A stretch of DNA of 64,000 nucleotides, from assembly GCA_038108555.1 (NCBI GenBank), contig JAYNIA010000004.1, positions 640-64,639 on the forward strand, written 5' to 3'. How positions within the stretch are numbered: the first letter of the stretch is position 1; every line of letters starts with the position of its first letter. Below, one piece after another: positions 44,767-53,692 of the stretch. Under the pieces are notes generated by a model. The model was not told where the DNA came from. It was given only the letters and a program-made list of their open reading frames with translations, and made no database searches. A program made the translations under genes and the position numbers. This DNA comes from Nitrospinota bacterium (GTDB lineage Bacteria > Nitrospinota > Nitrospinia > Nitrospinales > VA-1).

Positions 44767-45795
44767 ATGAAAACTAAAACTTTTTTAAAAATTTTATGCC
44801 TTATTTGCGCACTTGTTTGGGCGATGCCATCTTATTCTTTTGATTTTGGAAAAATTTTAAAGGATGTTGAAAAGTCGACCCGGCCCCCGGAAAAATCACA
44901 ACCTCAACCGGAACCCGAGCCTCAACCGGAACCCAAAGCTGAACCGGAAAAGAACCAGGCTCAACCCACCCAAAATAACTCTCAACAAAGTGGGGGCGGA
45001 GGGTTAATTGGTCTTGGAAATTCACTGGGACTTTTTGACAAAAAAACATCAAAAATTTTACAGCAGGGCGTCACCACACTGAAAGCCTTGCAACCCATCG
45101 GTTATGAAGAAGAAGTAGCAATAGGAGGTCGGTTAGCGGTTGAGGTTTTCAATCGGTATGGCGGCGCTTATGACGACCCTGAATTATTAAAATATGTCAA
45201 CCTGGTGGGACATGCGGTGGCCGATGTTTCCACTCGACCGGATATCGAATACCATTTTGCAATTTTAAATACAGAATATCCCAATGCGTTTGCGACTCCG
45301 GGCGGGTATGTGTTTGTTAGCATCGGCCTGTTGAAAATGCTTGATAACGAGGCTCAACTTGCCGGGGTGTTGGCCCATGAAGTGGCACATATTGCCCGCA
45401 AACATGCGCTTCAAACCCTTGAAAGGAGCCGCAGCCTACAAGGTATCAGCTCACTCACCCTAACCGTGATGGATAAAGACCCCGGCTTGCTTGATAAGCT
45501 GATTGATGAAGTATCCAATACTTTATTCACCAAAGGCCTTGATAAAAATCTGGAGTTTGAGGCAGATAAATATGGTCGGGAATTTGCCTATCGTACCGGG
45601 TATTATCCGGGAGCCCTTGGAAAGTTTATTAAAAAACTGGGAGCCAGCAAAGAAAATGACAGTTCTATTTTCAACAGCACCCATCCGACCTCTCAAGAGC
45701 GGTACCATCTACTGCAAAAATCTTCGTCGCGTTATAAAAAAGCCTCCCTCTACCCGACATTAAGAAATAGATTTAAAGTAGCGACCAAAAGGTAA
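44767..45795 (+). CDS. M48 family zinc metallopeptidase (secreted/periplasmic)
   Basis: HEVAHIARKH (HExxH), downstream EFEADKYG; signal peptide; Pro/Glu-rich linker. Confidence 0.85.
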   Translation: MKTKTFLKILCLICALVWAMPSYSFDFGKILKDVEKSTRPPEKSQPQPEPEPQPEPKAEPEKNQAQPTQNNSQQSGGGGLIGLGNSLGLFDKKTSKILQQGVTTLKALQPIGYEEEVAIGGRLAVEVFNRYGGAYDDPELLKYVNLVGHAVADVSTRPDIEYHFAILNTEYPNAFATPGGYVFVSIGLLKMLDNEAQLAGVLAHEVAHIARKHALQTLERSRSLQGISSLTLTVMDKDPGLLDKLIDEVSNTLFTKGLDKNLEFEADKYGREFAYRTGYYPGALGKFIKKLGASKENDSSIFNSTHPTSQERYHLLQKSSSRYKKASLYPTLRNRFKVATKR

Positions 45796-45802
45796 AACCG
45801 AT

Positions 45803-46270
45803 ATGGCAAGAAATTCCATCTTCAGGGATGAACTCCCAGGAGAAAAGAAAAGTATCATCAACCTCCTGATGACAGGTTATATCGTTGTTATTTCCTGCCT
45901 GGGCTACGCGGCTTTTTTTCTTTATGTGCAATTGGGGCAAGTGGAAAGAATTGTCTCAACCATGAATACTGAAACCATGCAACCGGACCAATTAGAGTTA
46001 TTAAAAGATCGGTTGCAGCGCAGTGCCGTTCAGTTGAAAAACGAAATGATTGGAATGGCCATCCTGGGAACGCTTGTCTGCGTGATTGGCGGCCTGTACA
46101 CCATAAGCATGGTGATCCGACCTTTGAAAAAACTGGTGAAATTTGCCGAGGAAAATGGAAAAACGGAATTGCCTGAATTTAAATCCAACACGGAGATAAA
46201 ACAACTGGCTACCGCCCTGACGGTGTTGACGGAAAAGTTAAACCAGGAAGAGAAGAAAAACGCCCCCTGA
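45803..46270 (+). CDS. two-TM membrane protein with HAMP domain and no output domain
   Basis: TM1 LLMTGYIVVISCLGYAAFFLYV; TM2 MAILGTLVCVIGGLYTISMV, then RPLKKLVKFAE...EIKQLATALTVLTEKL. Confidence 0.6.
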   Translation: MARNSIFRDELPGEKKSIINLLMTGYIVVISCLGYAAFFLYVQLGQVERIVSTMNTETMQPDQLELLKDRLQRSAVQLKNEMIGMAILGTLVCVIGGLYTISMVIRPLKKLVKFAEENGKTELPEFKSNTEIKQLATALTVLTEKLNQEEKKNAP

Positions 46271-46280
46271 AGTTCCCCCT

Positions 46281-47057
46281 CTAGGAACCATTATAATCCC
46301 GAGTCCATCCTTTCATTTCATCTTTGAACGGGAAGACCATTTCTCTGGGAATCCCCGTTTCATTTAACAGTTGCGCGAAATAAAAGAAATTCATCGATTC
46401 CTTTAAACGAAAAATGGCATTTTGAATTCCCTCGGGAGTGGAACCTTCTGACAACATATCTTCGCACAGGTTCTCAACTTCCAAAGGATCTTTTCCCACC
46501 TGCGAAACCAGGGTCGTTACCTTGGAAACGCTTAACCTCTTTTGCTGTAACCGCCGGTCTTCAATTTCCTTTTTAAAATATTTGATGCACTTTTCACGCA
46601 ATATCAGCCTTTGCTGCCAGGGCTTAATCTTTTCCCATTTACCAAATCTTACTTTTACCGGTTTTCTCTGGCGGAGTTTTTCCAACTCCTCAATTTTGGT
46701 TCGATCATTTTCAAGTTTTACTTTTCTTTCATTTTCTCTTGTTATAAGTTCCTCATCGTAGGATTTTTCCTTGAACTTTTTATCGGCCTTTCTTTTTTCA
46801 AGAAATTTCTCATAGCGCAGGTATATGACTTCCGTCAGGGTCATTTCATCGAGTTCACGATACAACCTTCGGGTTTCATTTATATGGAAGGATTTGGCCT
46901 CTTCAACCATTTTGGCGTATTTTTCCGGATCTTTTTCTTCAAGCTTTTTCAAAATAGGTTTATATTCTTGCTCCCATTTTAAATTGGCCTGATATCCTCC
47001 AAAAACAATCGCTCCCAGAATGGAATACCTTATTAATTTTTTAAAGAAGTTTTTCAT
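46281..47057 (-). CDS. hypothetical membrane-anchored Lys/Glu-rich (coiled-coil-like) protein
   Basis: N-terminal TM YSILGAIVFGGY; no motif recognised. Confidence 0.5.
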   Translation of the reverse strand: MKNFFKKLIRYSILGAIVFGGYQANLKWEQEYKPILKKLEEKDPEKYAKMVEEAKSFHINETRRLYRELDEMTLTEVIYLRYEKFLEKRKADKKFKEKSYDEELITRENERKVKLENDRTKIEELEKLRQRKPVKVRFGKWEKIKPWQQRLILREKCIKYFKKEIEDRRLQQKRLSVSKVTTLVSQVGKDPLEVENLCEDMLSEGSTPEGIQNAIFRLKESMNFFYFAQLLNETGIPREMVFPFKDEMKGWTRDYNGS

Positions 47058-47208
47058 TCAGGAATTTTTTCCATTGAAAATTCAATATTTACAGATATTT
47101 CTCTATCGGAATGCTTAGATAGGGTCTTTAATTTATTAGATTTTGTCAAGAAAGGAGCCAGGCGGAAATAGGCTGCAGGTTGAAAATGAGAAGGTGAAAC
47201 GAAGAGGG

Positions 47209-48759
47209 TTAGTGCTTGAAGTGTCGGGTTCCAGTGAAAACCATGGCTATATTATGCTCTTTTGCCGCTTGTAAAACTTCTTCATCGCGGATGGATCCAC
47301 CCGGTGAAATGATAGCTGTAATTCCATTTTTCGCGGCTTCATCGACTGAATCCCTGAAAGGGAAAAATGCATCAGAGGCCATCACCGCTCCCGATAAAGA
47401 CTTACGGGCCTTTTCTACTGCCACACGCGCTGAATCAACACGGCTCATTTGACCGGCCCCAATACCCAGGATTTCCTGGTCTTTAGCATAAATTATTGCA
47501 TTGGACTTCACATGTTTCGCAACCAGCCAGGCAAATTTCATATCTTCCATTTCGCGGGCATCAGGTCCCCGTTCACTGGCAACCTTTAACTGCCCTTCAA
47601 CATAATTTAACGTATCCGGACTCTGGACCAAAAGTCCTCCGGTAATTCTTTTCAAGTCATAACGTGAATCACCGGAATCAAATTCCGCGCTTTGCATTTG
47701 CATGAGGCGGATATTTTTCTTCGCAGAAAAGAGTTTCAACGCATCTTCATCAAAACCCGGTGCCACTACCGCCTCTACAAAATTCTTAAGAATCTCTTCT
47801 GCTACCGGACCCGTGACCGGCTGGTTGAATCCCAAAATACCGCCGAACGCTGAAACAGGATCTACCTCTCTCGCTATGATGAAAGTTTTTAACTGGTCAT
47901 CACCCACCGCCACGCCACAAGGGTTGGTGTGCTTAATAATAACAACGGCCCCTGGCCCCAGTTCACGTGTCAACTCCCAGGCGGCATTCAAATCTATGTA
48001 ATTATTAAACGATAATTCTTTTCCCTGAAGCTGCTCCGCCGAAACAATATCGGCCGGTCGTGGGCGACTCTCTTTATACAAAGCGGCAGACTGATGAGGG
48101 TTTTCCCCATAGCGCAGGTCTTGTACCTTTTGGTAAGGTTGATTTAAAAATGGAGGAAAGCCGGGTTCATCTTCCCATTGGCTGGATAAAAAATTTGAGA
48201 TCAATGAATCGTATCGTGCGGTGTGGGCAAACGCATCTCGACTCAACTTCCTACGAGTTTCAAGGGAAACTGCACCGTTTTTCATTTCCTCTAAGACCAT
48301 CCCATAGTTTTTTGGGTCAACAATTATGGTAACGTCATTACAGTTTTTTGCTGATGACCGCACCATGACCGGTCCGCCGATATCAATATTTTCTATGGCA
48401 TCCTCCAGGGTACAACCCTCTTTCGCCACGGTTTGTTCAAAGGGATAAAGGTTAATCACCACAAGATCAATAGGCCGAATGCCATGCTCTTCCATGGCCT
48501 GCACATGTTCGGGGACATCGCGCCGGGCAAGAATTCCTCCATGCACTCGCGGGTGCAAAGTTTTGATACGACCATCCATCATTTCCGGGAAACCGGTATA
48601 GTCAGAAACCTGGATCACAGGCACCCCACCTTTTCGCAACAGCTCGGCAGTTCCTCCAGTGGAAAGGATTTCTACACCAAAGTCGTGAAGTTCCTTAGCG
48701 AATTCAAGGACACCTGTCTTGTCCGACACACTGATTAATGCCCTTTGAATGGGTTTCAT
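47209..48759 (-). CDS. purH: bifunctional AICAR transformylase / IMP cyclohydrolase
   Basis: 516 aa; RALISVSDKTG MGS-like N-terminus; C-terminal formyltransferase region ending TGTRHFKH. Confidence 0.95.
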   Translation of the reverse strand: MKPIQRALISVSDKTGVLEFAKELHDFGVEILSTGGTAELLRKGGVPVIQVSDYTGFPEMMDGRIKTLHPRVHGGILARRDVPEHVQAMEEHGIRPIDLVVINLYPFEQTVAKEGCTLEDAIENIDIGGPVMVRSSAKNCNDVTIIVDPKNYGMVLEEMKNGAVSLETRRKLSRDAFAHTARYDSLISNFLSSQWEDEPGFPPFLNQPYQKVQDLRYGENPHQSAALYKESRPRPADIVSAEQLQGKELSFNNYIDLNAAWELTRELGPGAVVIIKHTNPCGVAVGDDQLKTFIIAREVDPVSAFGGILGFNQPVTGPVAEEILKNFVEAVVAPGFDEDALKLFSAKKNIRLMQMQSAEFDSGDSRYDLKRITGGLLVQSPDTLNYVEGQLKVASERGPDAREMEDMKFAWLVAKHVKSNAIIYAKDQEILGIGAGQMSRVDSARVAVEKARKSLSGAVMASDAFFPFRDSVDEAAKNGITAIISPGGSIRDEEVLQAAKEHNIAMVFTGTRHFKH

Positions 48760-48780
48760 GGTTTTTGGAATTGGAAAATG

Positions 48781-48957
48781 TTACTGAGGAAGTTTTTTCT
48801 TCTCAACGGGTTCCTTTGAGATCAGAAAATCCGGAGTAATTGCATCGATCAATTTAAGGGACCATACAGGAAAAGACCCATACGACTCCAGCAGCCCGGG
48901 CTCTTCTTTTTCCTCTGGGATATCAGGCGATTTTATTTCTTTATCAGCATCACTCAT
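48781..48957 (-). CDS. possible small acidic protein (58 aa) upstream of purH
   Basis: Untracked ORF read by eye: MSDADKEIKSPDIPEEKEEPGLLESYGSFPVWSLKLIDAITPDFLISKEPVEKKKLPQ. Ends 21 nt before the purH start. No homology recognised. Confidence 0.25.
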   Translation of the reverse strand: MSDADKEIKSPDIPEEKEEPGLLESYGSFPVWSLKLIDAITPDFLISKEPVEKKKLPQ

Positions 48958-49118
48958 AACGCACCTTACATTTAATATACAAATTCGGAAACGGGGAACG
49001 ATTGAAGGTCGAAGTCTACACTTTTTCCACCTAATTTAAAATAAAAATTCTACCTCTACAGGTGGGTCTGAATGTAGATTACTCCAAATCTGAAAGAGTT
49101 TTGCTATTGCCCGGGTGT

Positions 49119-49706
49119 TCATAATTTCGCCTTTCCCGCCAGGGGATATCTAAAACAATCAGTTGTGTGGTCATTCACCATTCCCGTGGCCTGCATGAAA
49201 GCATAGCAAATGGTGGACCCGACAAATTTGAACCCTCTTTTTTTCAAATCTTTACTCATTGCATCCGACTCCGGGGTGGTTGCCGGAATTTGCTTAAGGG
49301 ATTTCCATTTGTTTTTTTTGGGTTTCCCTCCGACAAATTGCCAGATGTATTTATCAAAGCTGCCAAATTCCTTTTGGACTTTTAAAAACGCCAGGGCATT
49401 GGTAACCGATGCGGCTACTTTCAAACGATTTCGCACAATCCCTTTATCATTTAACAATTGCTGTTGTTTTTCTTTGTTAAATCTTGCAACTTTTTTAGGG
49501 TCAAACTTTTTATATACCTTTCGATAGTTTTCCGGCTTGTTGAGAATGGTCGTCCAACTAAGCCCTGCCTGCGCTCCTTCTAAAATTAAAAATTCAAACA
49601 GGGTAATATCATCGTGTACCGGAACGCCCCATTCCTCATCATGGTATTTAATTTCCAACTCCGTGGGTTTTGAAGAATGCCCGACCCACGCGCATCGCTT
49701 GATCAT
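49119..49706 (-). CDS. tag: DNA-3-methyladenine glycosylase I
   Basis: MIKRCAWVG...YHDEEWGVPVHDD..LFEFLILEGAQAGLSWTTIL. The tracked N-terminal extension overlaps the upstream gene and is discarded. Confidence 0.85.
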   Translation of the reverse strand: MIKRCAWVGHSSKPTELEIKYHDEEWGVPVHDDITLFEFLILEGAQAGLSWTTILNKPENYRKVYKKFDPKKVARFNKEKQQQLLNDKGIVRNRLKVAASVTNALAFLKVQKEFGSFDKYIWQFVGGKPKKNKWKSLKQIPATTPESDAMSKDLKKRGFKFVGSTICYAFMQATGMVNDHTTDCFRYPLAGKAKL

Positions 49707-49728
49707 TAAAAAATTATTTCCTGATATA

Positions 49729-50079
49729 TTATTCTGACCAGACTGCCAACTCGTTTCCATTGGGATCTCGAAAATGAAACCTCTTTCCTCCGGGAAATTC
49801 ATAGATAGGTTTTGTTATTCCCCCTCCCGCTTTTTTTACCTCTTTAAATTTCTTATCGCGTTCGTTTGTATAAAGAACGACCAGCACTCCGGGAGGGGAA
49901 ATTTGAGCTTCACCCAATCCGTTAAATCCGCCATCAATATTTGCGCCTGAAAAACTGATGTAGTCCGGTCCCCAATCGGTAAACTCCCACTCGAAAACTT
50001 TTGAGTAGAAATTTTTCGTTTCCGCATTTTTAATCATGGGCAGTTCAATATAATTGATACTGTTATTTATGTTTTCCAT
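49729..50079 (-). CDS. VOC (glyoxalase/bleomycin-resistance fold) family protein
   Basis: INYIELPM...FYSKVFEWEF...GGKRFHFRDPNGNELAVWS. Confidence 0.7.
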   Translation of the reverse strand: MENINNSINYIELPMIKNAETKNFYSKVFEWEFTDWGPDYISFSGANIDGGFNGLGEAQISPPGVLVVLYTNERDKKFKEVKKAGGGITKPIYEFPGGKRFHFRDPNGNELAVWSE

Positions 50080-50131
50080 TTTTCCAAACCTGTTAAAGGG
50101 GAACGGAAAATCCGCCCCCATAAAAATTTAT

Positions 50132-50587
50132 CTAAACAAACATGGTTTTCATAGCTTCCTGCATCTCTTCTGGCGATACATCCCGCATATGTTGAGCAAT
50201 CGTCCATTCAACATTGAATGGGTCGTGGAGCGTACCCATTCGGTCACCCCAGAACATTTCTTCGATGCCCTTGATTTCCTTCATACCTCCCTTTTTTGCC
50301 TTATTAAATGCTTCTTCCAAATCATTAACATAAACATAAAAGGAAATTCGGGAACTTCCGTTTTTAGACCCTACAGGCTTTTCACTCGCCATGGGGCAAG
50401 GGGAGCCTACCATCAAAACAGCAGTTCCAACCTGGACTTCTGCATACTTCAACTCCCCATCGGGAGTGAACAGGGTTAATCGTTCCTCAGCCCCAAGAGT
50501 ATTTTTGTAAAACTCAAGGGCTTTGGAAGGATCATCAAATTCTATAAAGGGCGTTATGGAAGTTAAACCTTCAGGGATAGTAGTCAT
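50132..50587 (-). CDS. VOC family protein, PhnB-like
   Basis: ITPFIEFDD..KALEFYKNTLGAEE...FWGDRMGTLHDPFNVEWTIAQH. Confidence 0.8.
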   Translation of the reverse strand: MTTIPEGLTSITPFIEFDDPSKALEFYKNTLGAEERLTLFTPDGELKYAEVQVGTAVLMVGSPCPMASEKPVGSKNGSSRISFYVYVNDLEEAFNKAKKGGMKEIKGIEEMFWGDRMGTLHDPFNVEWTIAQHMRDVSPEEMQEAMKTMFV

Positions 50588-50654
50588 AAATTTCTCCTTT
50601 TGTAAAGTTACGCCCGCTACGGGGCGAGCTTACCCAACATTTTCCTCAACCCTC

Positions 50655-50672
50655 CTGACAGCATATTGTCAG
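50655..50672. promoter_or_regulatory. inverted repeat CTGACA-N6-TGTCAG in the divergent promoter region (candidate operator)
   Basis: Perfect 6+6 palindrome 45 nt upstream of the WYL-regulator ATG and 68 nt upstream of the VOC gene start. Confidence 0.25.
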
Positions 50673-50716
50673 TAGAGTGGCAGCAGGGTAGAATTAAATT
50701 AAAAAAGGAGATTAGA

Positions 50717-51394
50717 ATGCGCCGGGCAGACCGATTATTCCGTATCGTAGAGCACTTGAAAGCCAGAAGAGGGCCGGTGATCGCACAATCGCTTGCGGAA
50801 AAATTCGAAGTGAGTGTTCGTACCATTTACCGGGACATAGCAGATTTAGGTGCATCGGGAGTTCCGATCATCGGAGAAGCAGGCATAGGCTATATGCTGG
50901 ACAGAAACTATATTGTCCGTCCCCTGATGTTCGACATAGAAGAGTTGGACGCCCTGGTGCTTGGGGCTCAAATGGTGGAAAGCTGGGGGGACAAAGGATT
51001 GATTCAAGCTGCCCAGCATGCCATTGACAAAATAACATCGGTTCTTCCTGAAAGCCTGCAACGGGAAATTTCAGAAACTTTTCTTTTCTCATTACCATCG
51101 CAGGCCAGTCCTGTTATTTCCATCGACTTTACGAGCCTTCGCCGGGCCATCCGCAGCAAAAACTTTGTCGAATTTAACTACCAAAGAGAAGATGGTCAGA
51201 GATCCAAACGCAAAATCCGCCCCCTATGCCTCGCTTTTTTTGGTCCCGTTTGGCTTTTATGCGGGTGGTGCGAAATGCGCCATGATTTTAGAAATTTTCG
51301 CCTGGATAGAATGAAAAATATGAAAATCGCCAAAGAACAGTTTGCTGAAGAAAAAGGAAAACGGTTGAAGGATTACAAAGAAATGATGTGTTGA
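50717..51394 (+). CDS. YafY-family transcriptional regulator (HTH plus WYL domain)
   Basis: MRRADRLFRIVEHLKARRGPVIAQSLAEKFEVSVRTIYRDIADLGASGVPI; C-terminal WYL-like segment (FGPVWLLCGWCEMRHDFRNFRLDRM); AAGGAG RBS. Confidence 0.85.
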   Translation: MRRADRLFRIVEHLKARRGPVIAQSLAEKFEVSVRTIYRDIADLGASGVPIIGEAGIGYMLDRNYIVRPLMFDIEELDALVLGAQMVESWGDKGLIQAAQHAIDKITSVLPESLQREISETFLFSLPSQASPVISIDFTSLRRAIRSKNFVEFNYQREDGQRSKRKIRPLCLAFFGPVWLLCGWCEMRHDFRNFRLDRMKNMKIAKEQFAEEKGKRLKDYKEMMC

Positions 51395-51525
51395 ATTTCT
51401 TCCTTCTCGGGAAACCCAATATTTAGCCACCAAAGCAAGCTCCGCTTGCTATTGAGGTCTGGAATTTGGTATATTTTTTAATTACAGAAAGAATTTAATG
51501 ACCCTCATTGTCAGGAGATACAATA

Positions 51526-51894
51526 ATGTCCAATTCTGCCGCAGCATTGAAAGAAGCTGTTGAATTTGAAAAGAAAGCCTTGGAAAAATACCAGGAGGCT
51601 GCTTCTTTGGTGAAGCACGAAGAAACAAAAGAAACCATTCAAAAAATTACTACGGATAAGCAGCAGACGATTGAATCCATGCATTGGATCATCATGGCAG
51701 AAGCCGGTAAAATTGAGACCGAAAAGCCTGCAGAACAGGCGGAAGGCGAAGCCCCCAAAAGTGGTGCCAGCAAATGCCCATTTAGTGGCGCTCTGGCAGA
51801 AATGGGAATTGATATCACCAAAATGTCAAAAGAAGAAGCCATGGCGAAAATGGGTGATATGTCCAAAATTTTTCCGGAAAGCTCAGACTCCTAA
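51526..51894 (+). CDS. hypothetical small helical protein
   Basis: AGGAG RBS 9 nt upstream of the ATG; helical N-terminal half, Lys/Glu/Met-rich C-terminus; no motif recognised. Confidence 0.5.
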   Translation: MSNSAAALKEAVEFEKKALEKYQEAASLVKHEETKETIQKITTDKQQTIESMHWIIMAEAGKIETEKPAEQAEGEAPKSGASKCPFSGALAEMGIDITKMSKEEAMAKMGDMSKIFPESSDS

Positions 51895-51900
51895 ACTCCG

Positions 51901-52317
51901 ATGTCGGCTGAAATTACATTCTTGATTGAATGTCCGGCCTGTGGCATTGAGAACCTGCTTGCAGACTTTACCCCGGGAAGTTCTGCAATTTGCAACCAAT
52001 GCCGAGAATCCCTATTGTGCTCAAATCTTGTCGAATCTCATAAGGGCCATACCTGCGATGACTGCGGTATGGTTTATATTATGAAAAGTGAAACCGATTT
52101 TGTGTCGGGAGAATCGGAGTGCCAATGCGGCTCGACGGAATTCAGCCCATTTGATATCGGACCTTTTGTGGAAAATCTTTTAGCAGCGGAAGCAGCCTGT
52201 CTGGCCGAAGAAGATGAAGAAAATGGAGATTTTGACTGGTGCCGATCTGACCCGGATGACCCCCTGGAAGGGGATTACAACAATATTTTTGATGATGACC
52301 CGGGGTTCGGCAGATAG
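51901..52317 (+). CDS. double zinc-ribbon protein with acidic C-terminal tail
   Basis: CPACG...CNQC and CDDCG...CQCG Cys pairs; D/E-rich C-terminus; 6 nt after the preceding gene. Confidence 0.5.
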   Translation: MSAEITFLIECPACGIENLLADFTPGSSAICNQCRESLLCSNLVESHKGHTCDDCGMVYIMKSETDFVSGESECQCGSTEFSPFDIGPFVENLLAAEAACLAEEDEENGDFDWCRSDPDDPLEGDYNNIFDDDPGFGR

Positions 52318-52460
52318 ATTTCCCCTACTTTTAGAATCTTTTCCCCCTTCTTGAGAATATCCCCTTTCCCATTGAAATTATTAATTTTATTTGTTAAATC
52401 CCCGATATTAGATATAATAAAAGTTTAATTTTCCCAAAATAATGTAAATCTTTAAATTCT

Positions 52461-53681
52461 ATGAATGAGAAAAAGCCTCTCGATGGAAACGTCTGGAGAG
52501 ACAACCTTAAGGATGCGCTGGATTTAATCAATAGCAGTGAAAGTTTTCTGTTCAGTGGAGACATTGACCCGGATTCAGTAGGATCCATGCTTTCTCTTTC
52601 ACTCTACCTGCATCAGTTGGATAAAAAAGTATATTTGATACTTCCAGAATATCTGGGAGAGAATCTGGATTTCTTTGAGAAAATTATCGAATATAACGCA
52701 ATCACCATCTTGCGGAACAAGGATCAAATTGAATCCGTTAAAAATGATATCGAAACCATCATTTTTTGTGACACCGCAAATACAAAACTGGTACCCCACT
52801 ACTCTTTTATTGCTGAAAAAATTCTTACCCGAAAACCCAAGGTGATTGAGATTGATCACCATTTTGGGGCGGACAGTGAAGAGCTTACAGACTATGGAAT
52901 TAAATTATTTCGTAAAGCCAATGCAAACACGGAAATAATTGGGAAAATTCTTTTAACGTATCATGAGAAATACCATGAAGGCCCCAACCCCTTCGACCAA
53001 CGCAATATTATTCTCGGTCTAATCACTGGCATGCTGGGGGACACAGTGGGCGGAAAAGTGATTCCCTACAAAGAAGATTACGATGACTGGATGGATCTGC
53101 TCCAGGACCGACTCAAAAGTATCACCCGTTGGAGAGAATCTGATCCCGACCGGGGTCCTGACGATAAGGAATCGAAGTTTGGAGATCCCAAACAGATCCT
53201 GGCTTACCTGAATCGACTGACTGAAGAACAGGAGGCCTGCTTCAACCTGCTCAATAGCCGGGTCGAATTAAAAGGAAAAATCGGCTTTTTAAACTTATTC
53301 CCATCCACACAGGAAGAGGTCAAAAACACGTGCAAGCCTTTTGACTCCGACTGGTTTGCAGATATTCAAAATTTTCTTTTGAACTCCGTGCCTGAAAAAT
53401 CAGGTTGCGCCGGAATGGTCGTTTTTGAAGGACAAAATGCAGACGGCGAAGATTGTTTCTTCATAAAAATCCGGCGGGCGGTTAAGTTCCAGGGAATCGA
53501 CCTGCGAACGGCAGAAGAAAAATTGAAAGGTTTATTTGGAGACCTTTATATGGGTGGAGGCGGACATGCAGGAGCCGTTTCTTTTAGAATCCATACCATG
53601 GATGAAAAAGAGTTCCTGGAAAAAATCGAAACCATCTTCGAATTTTTCAACCAAAGCCTGATGGCCGCCAGCGATAAATAA
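52461..53681 (+). CDS. DHH/DHHA1 family phosphoesterase (NrnA-like)
   Basis: GDIDPDSVGS (DxD), EIDHHFG (DHH), GGGHAGA (DHHA1 GGGH). Confidence 0.85.
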   Translation: MNEKKPLDGNVWRDNLKDALDLINSSESFLFSGDIDPDSVGSMLSLSLYLHQLDKKVYLILPEYLGENLDFFEKIIEYNAITILRNKDQIESVKNDIETIIFCDTANTKLVPHYSFIAEKILTRKPKVIEIDHHFGADSEELTDYGIKLFRKANANTEIIGKILLTYHEKYHEGPNPFDQRNIILGLITGMLGDTVGGKVIPYKEDYDDWMDLLQDRLKSITRWRESDPDRGPDDKESKFGDPKQILAYLNRLTEEQEACFNLLNSRVELKGKIGFLNLFPSTQEEVKNTCKPFDSDWFADIQNFLLNSVPEKSGCAGMVVFEGQNADGEDCFFIKIRRAVKFQGIDLRTAEEKLKGLFGDLYMGGGGHAGAVSFRIHTMDEKEFLEKIETIFEFFNQSLMAASDK

Positions 53682-53692
53682 TCGGCTCCCAA

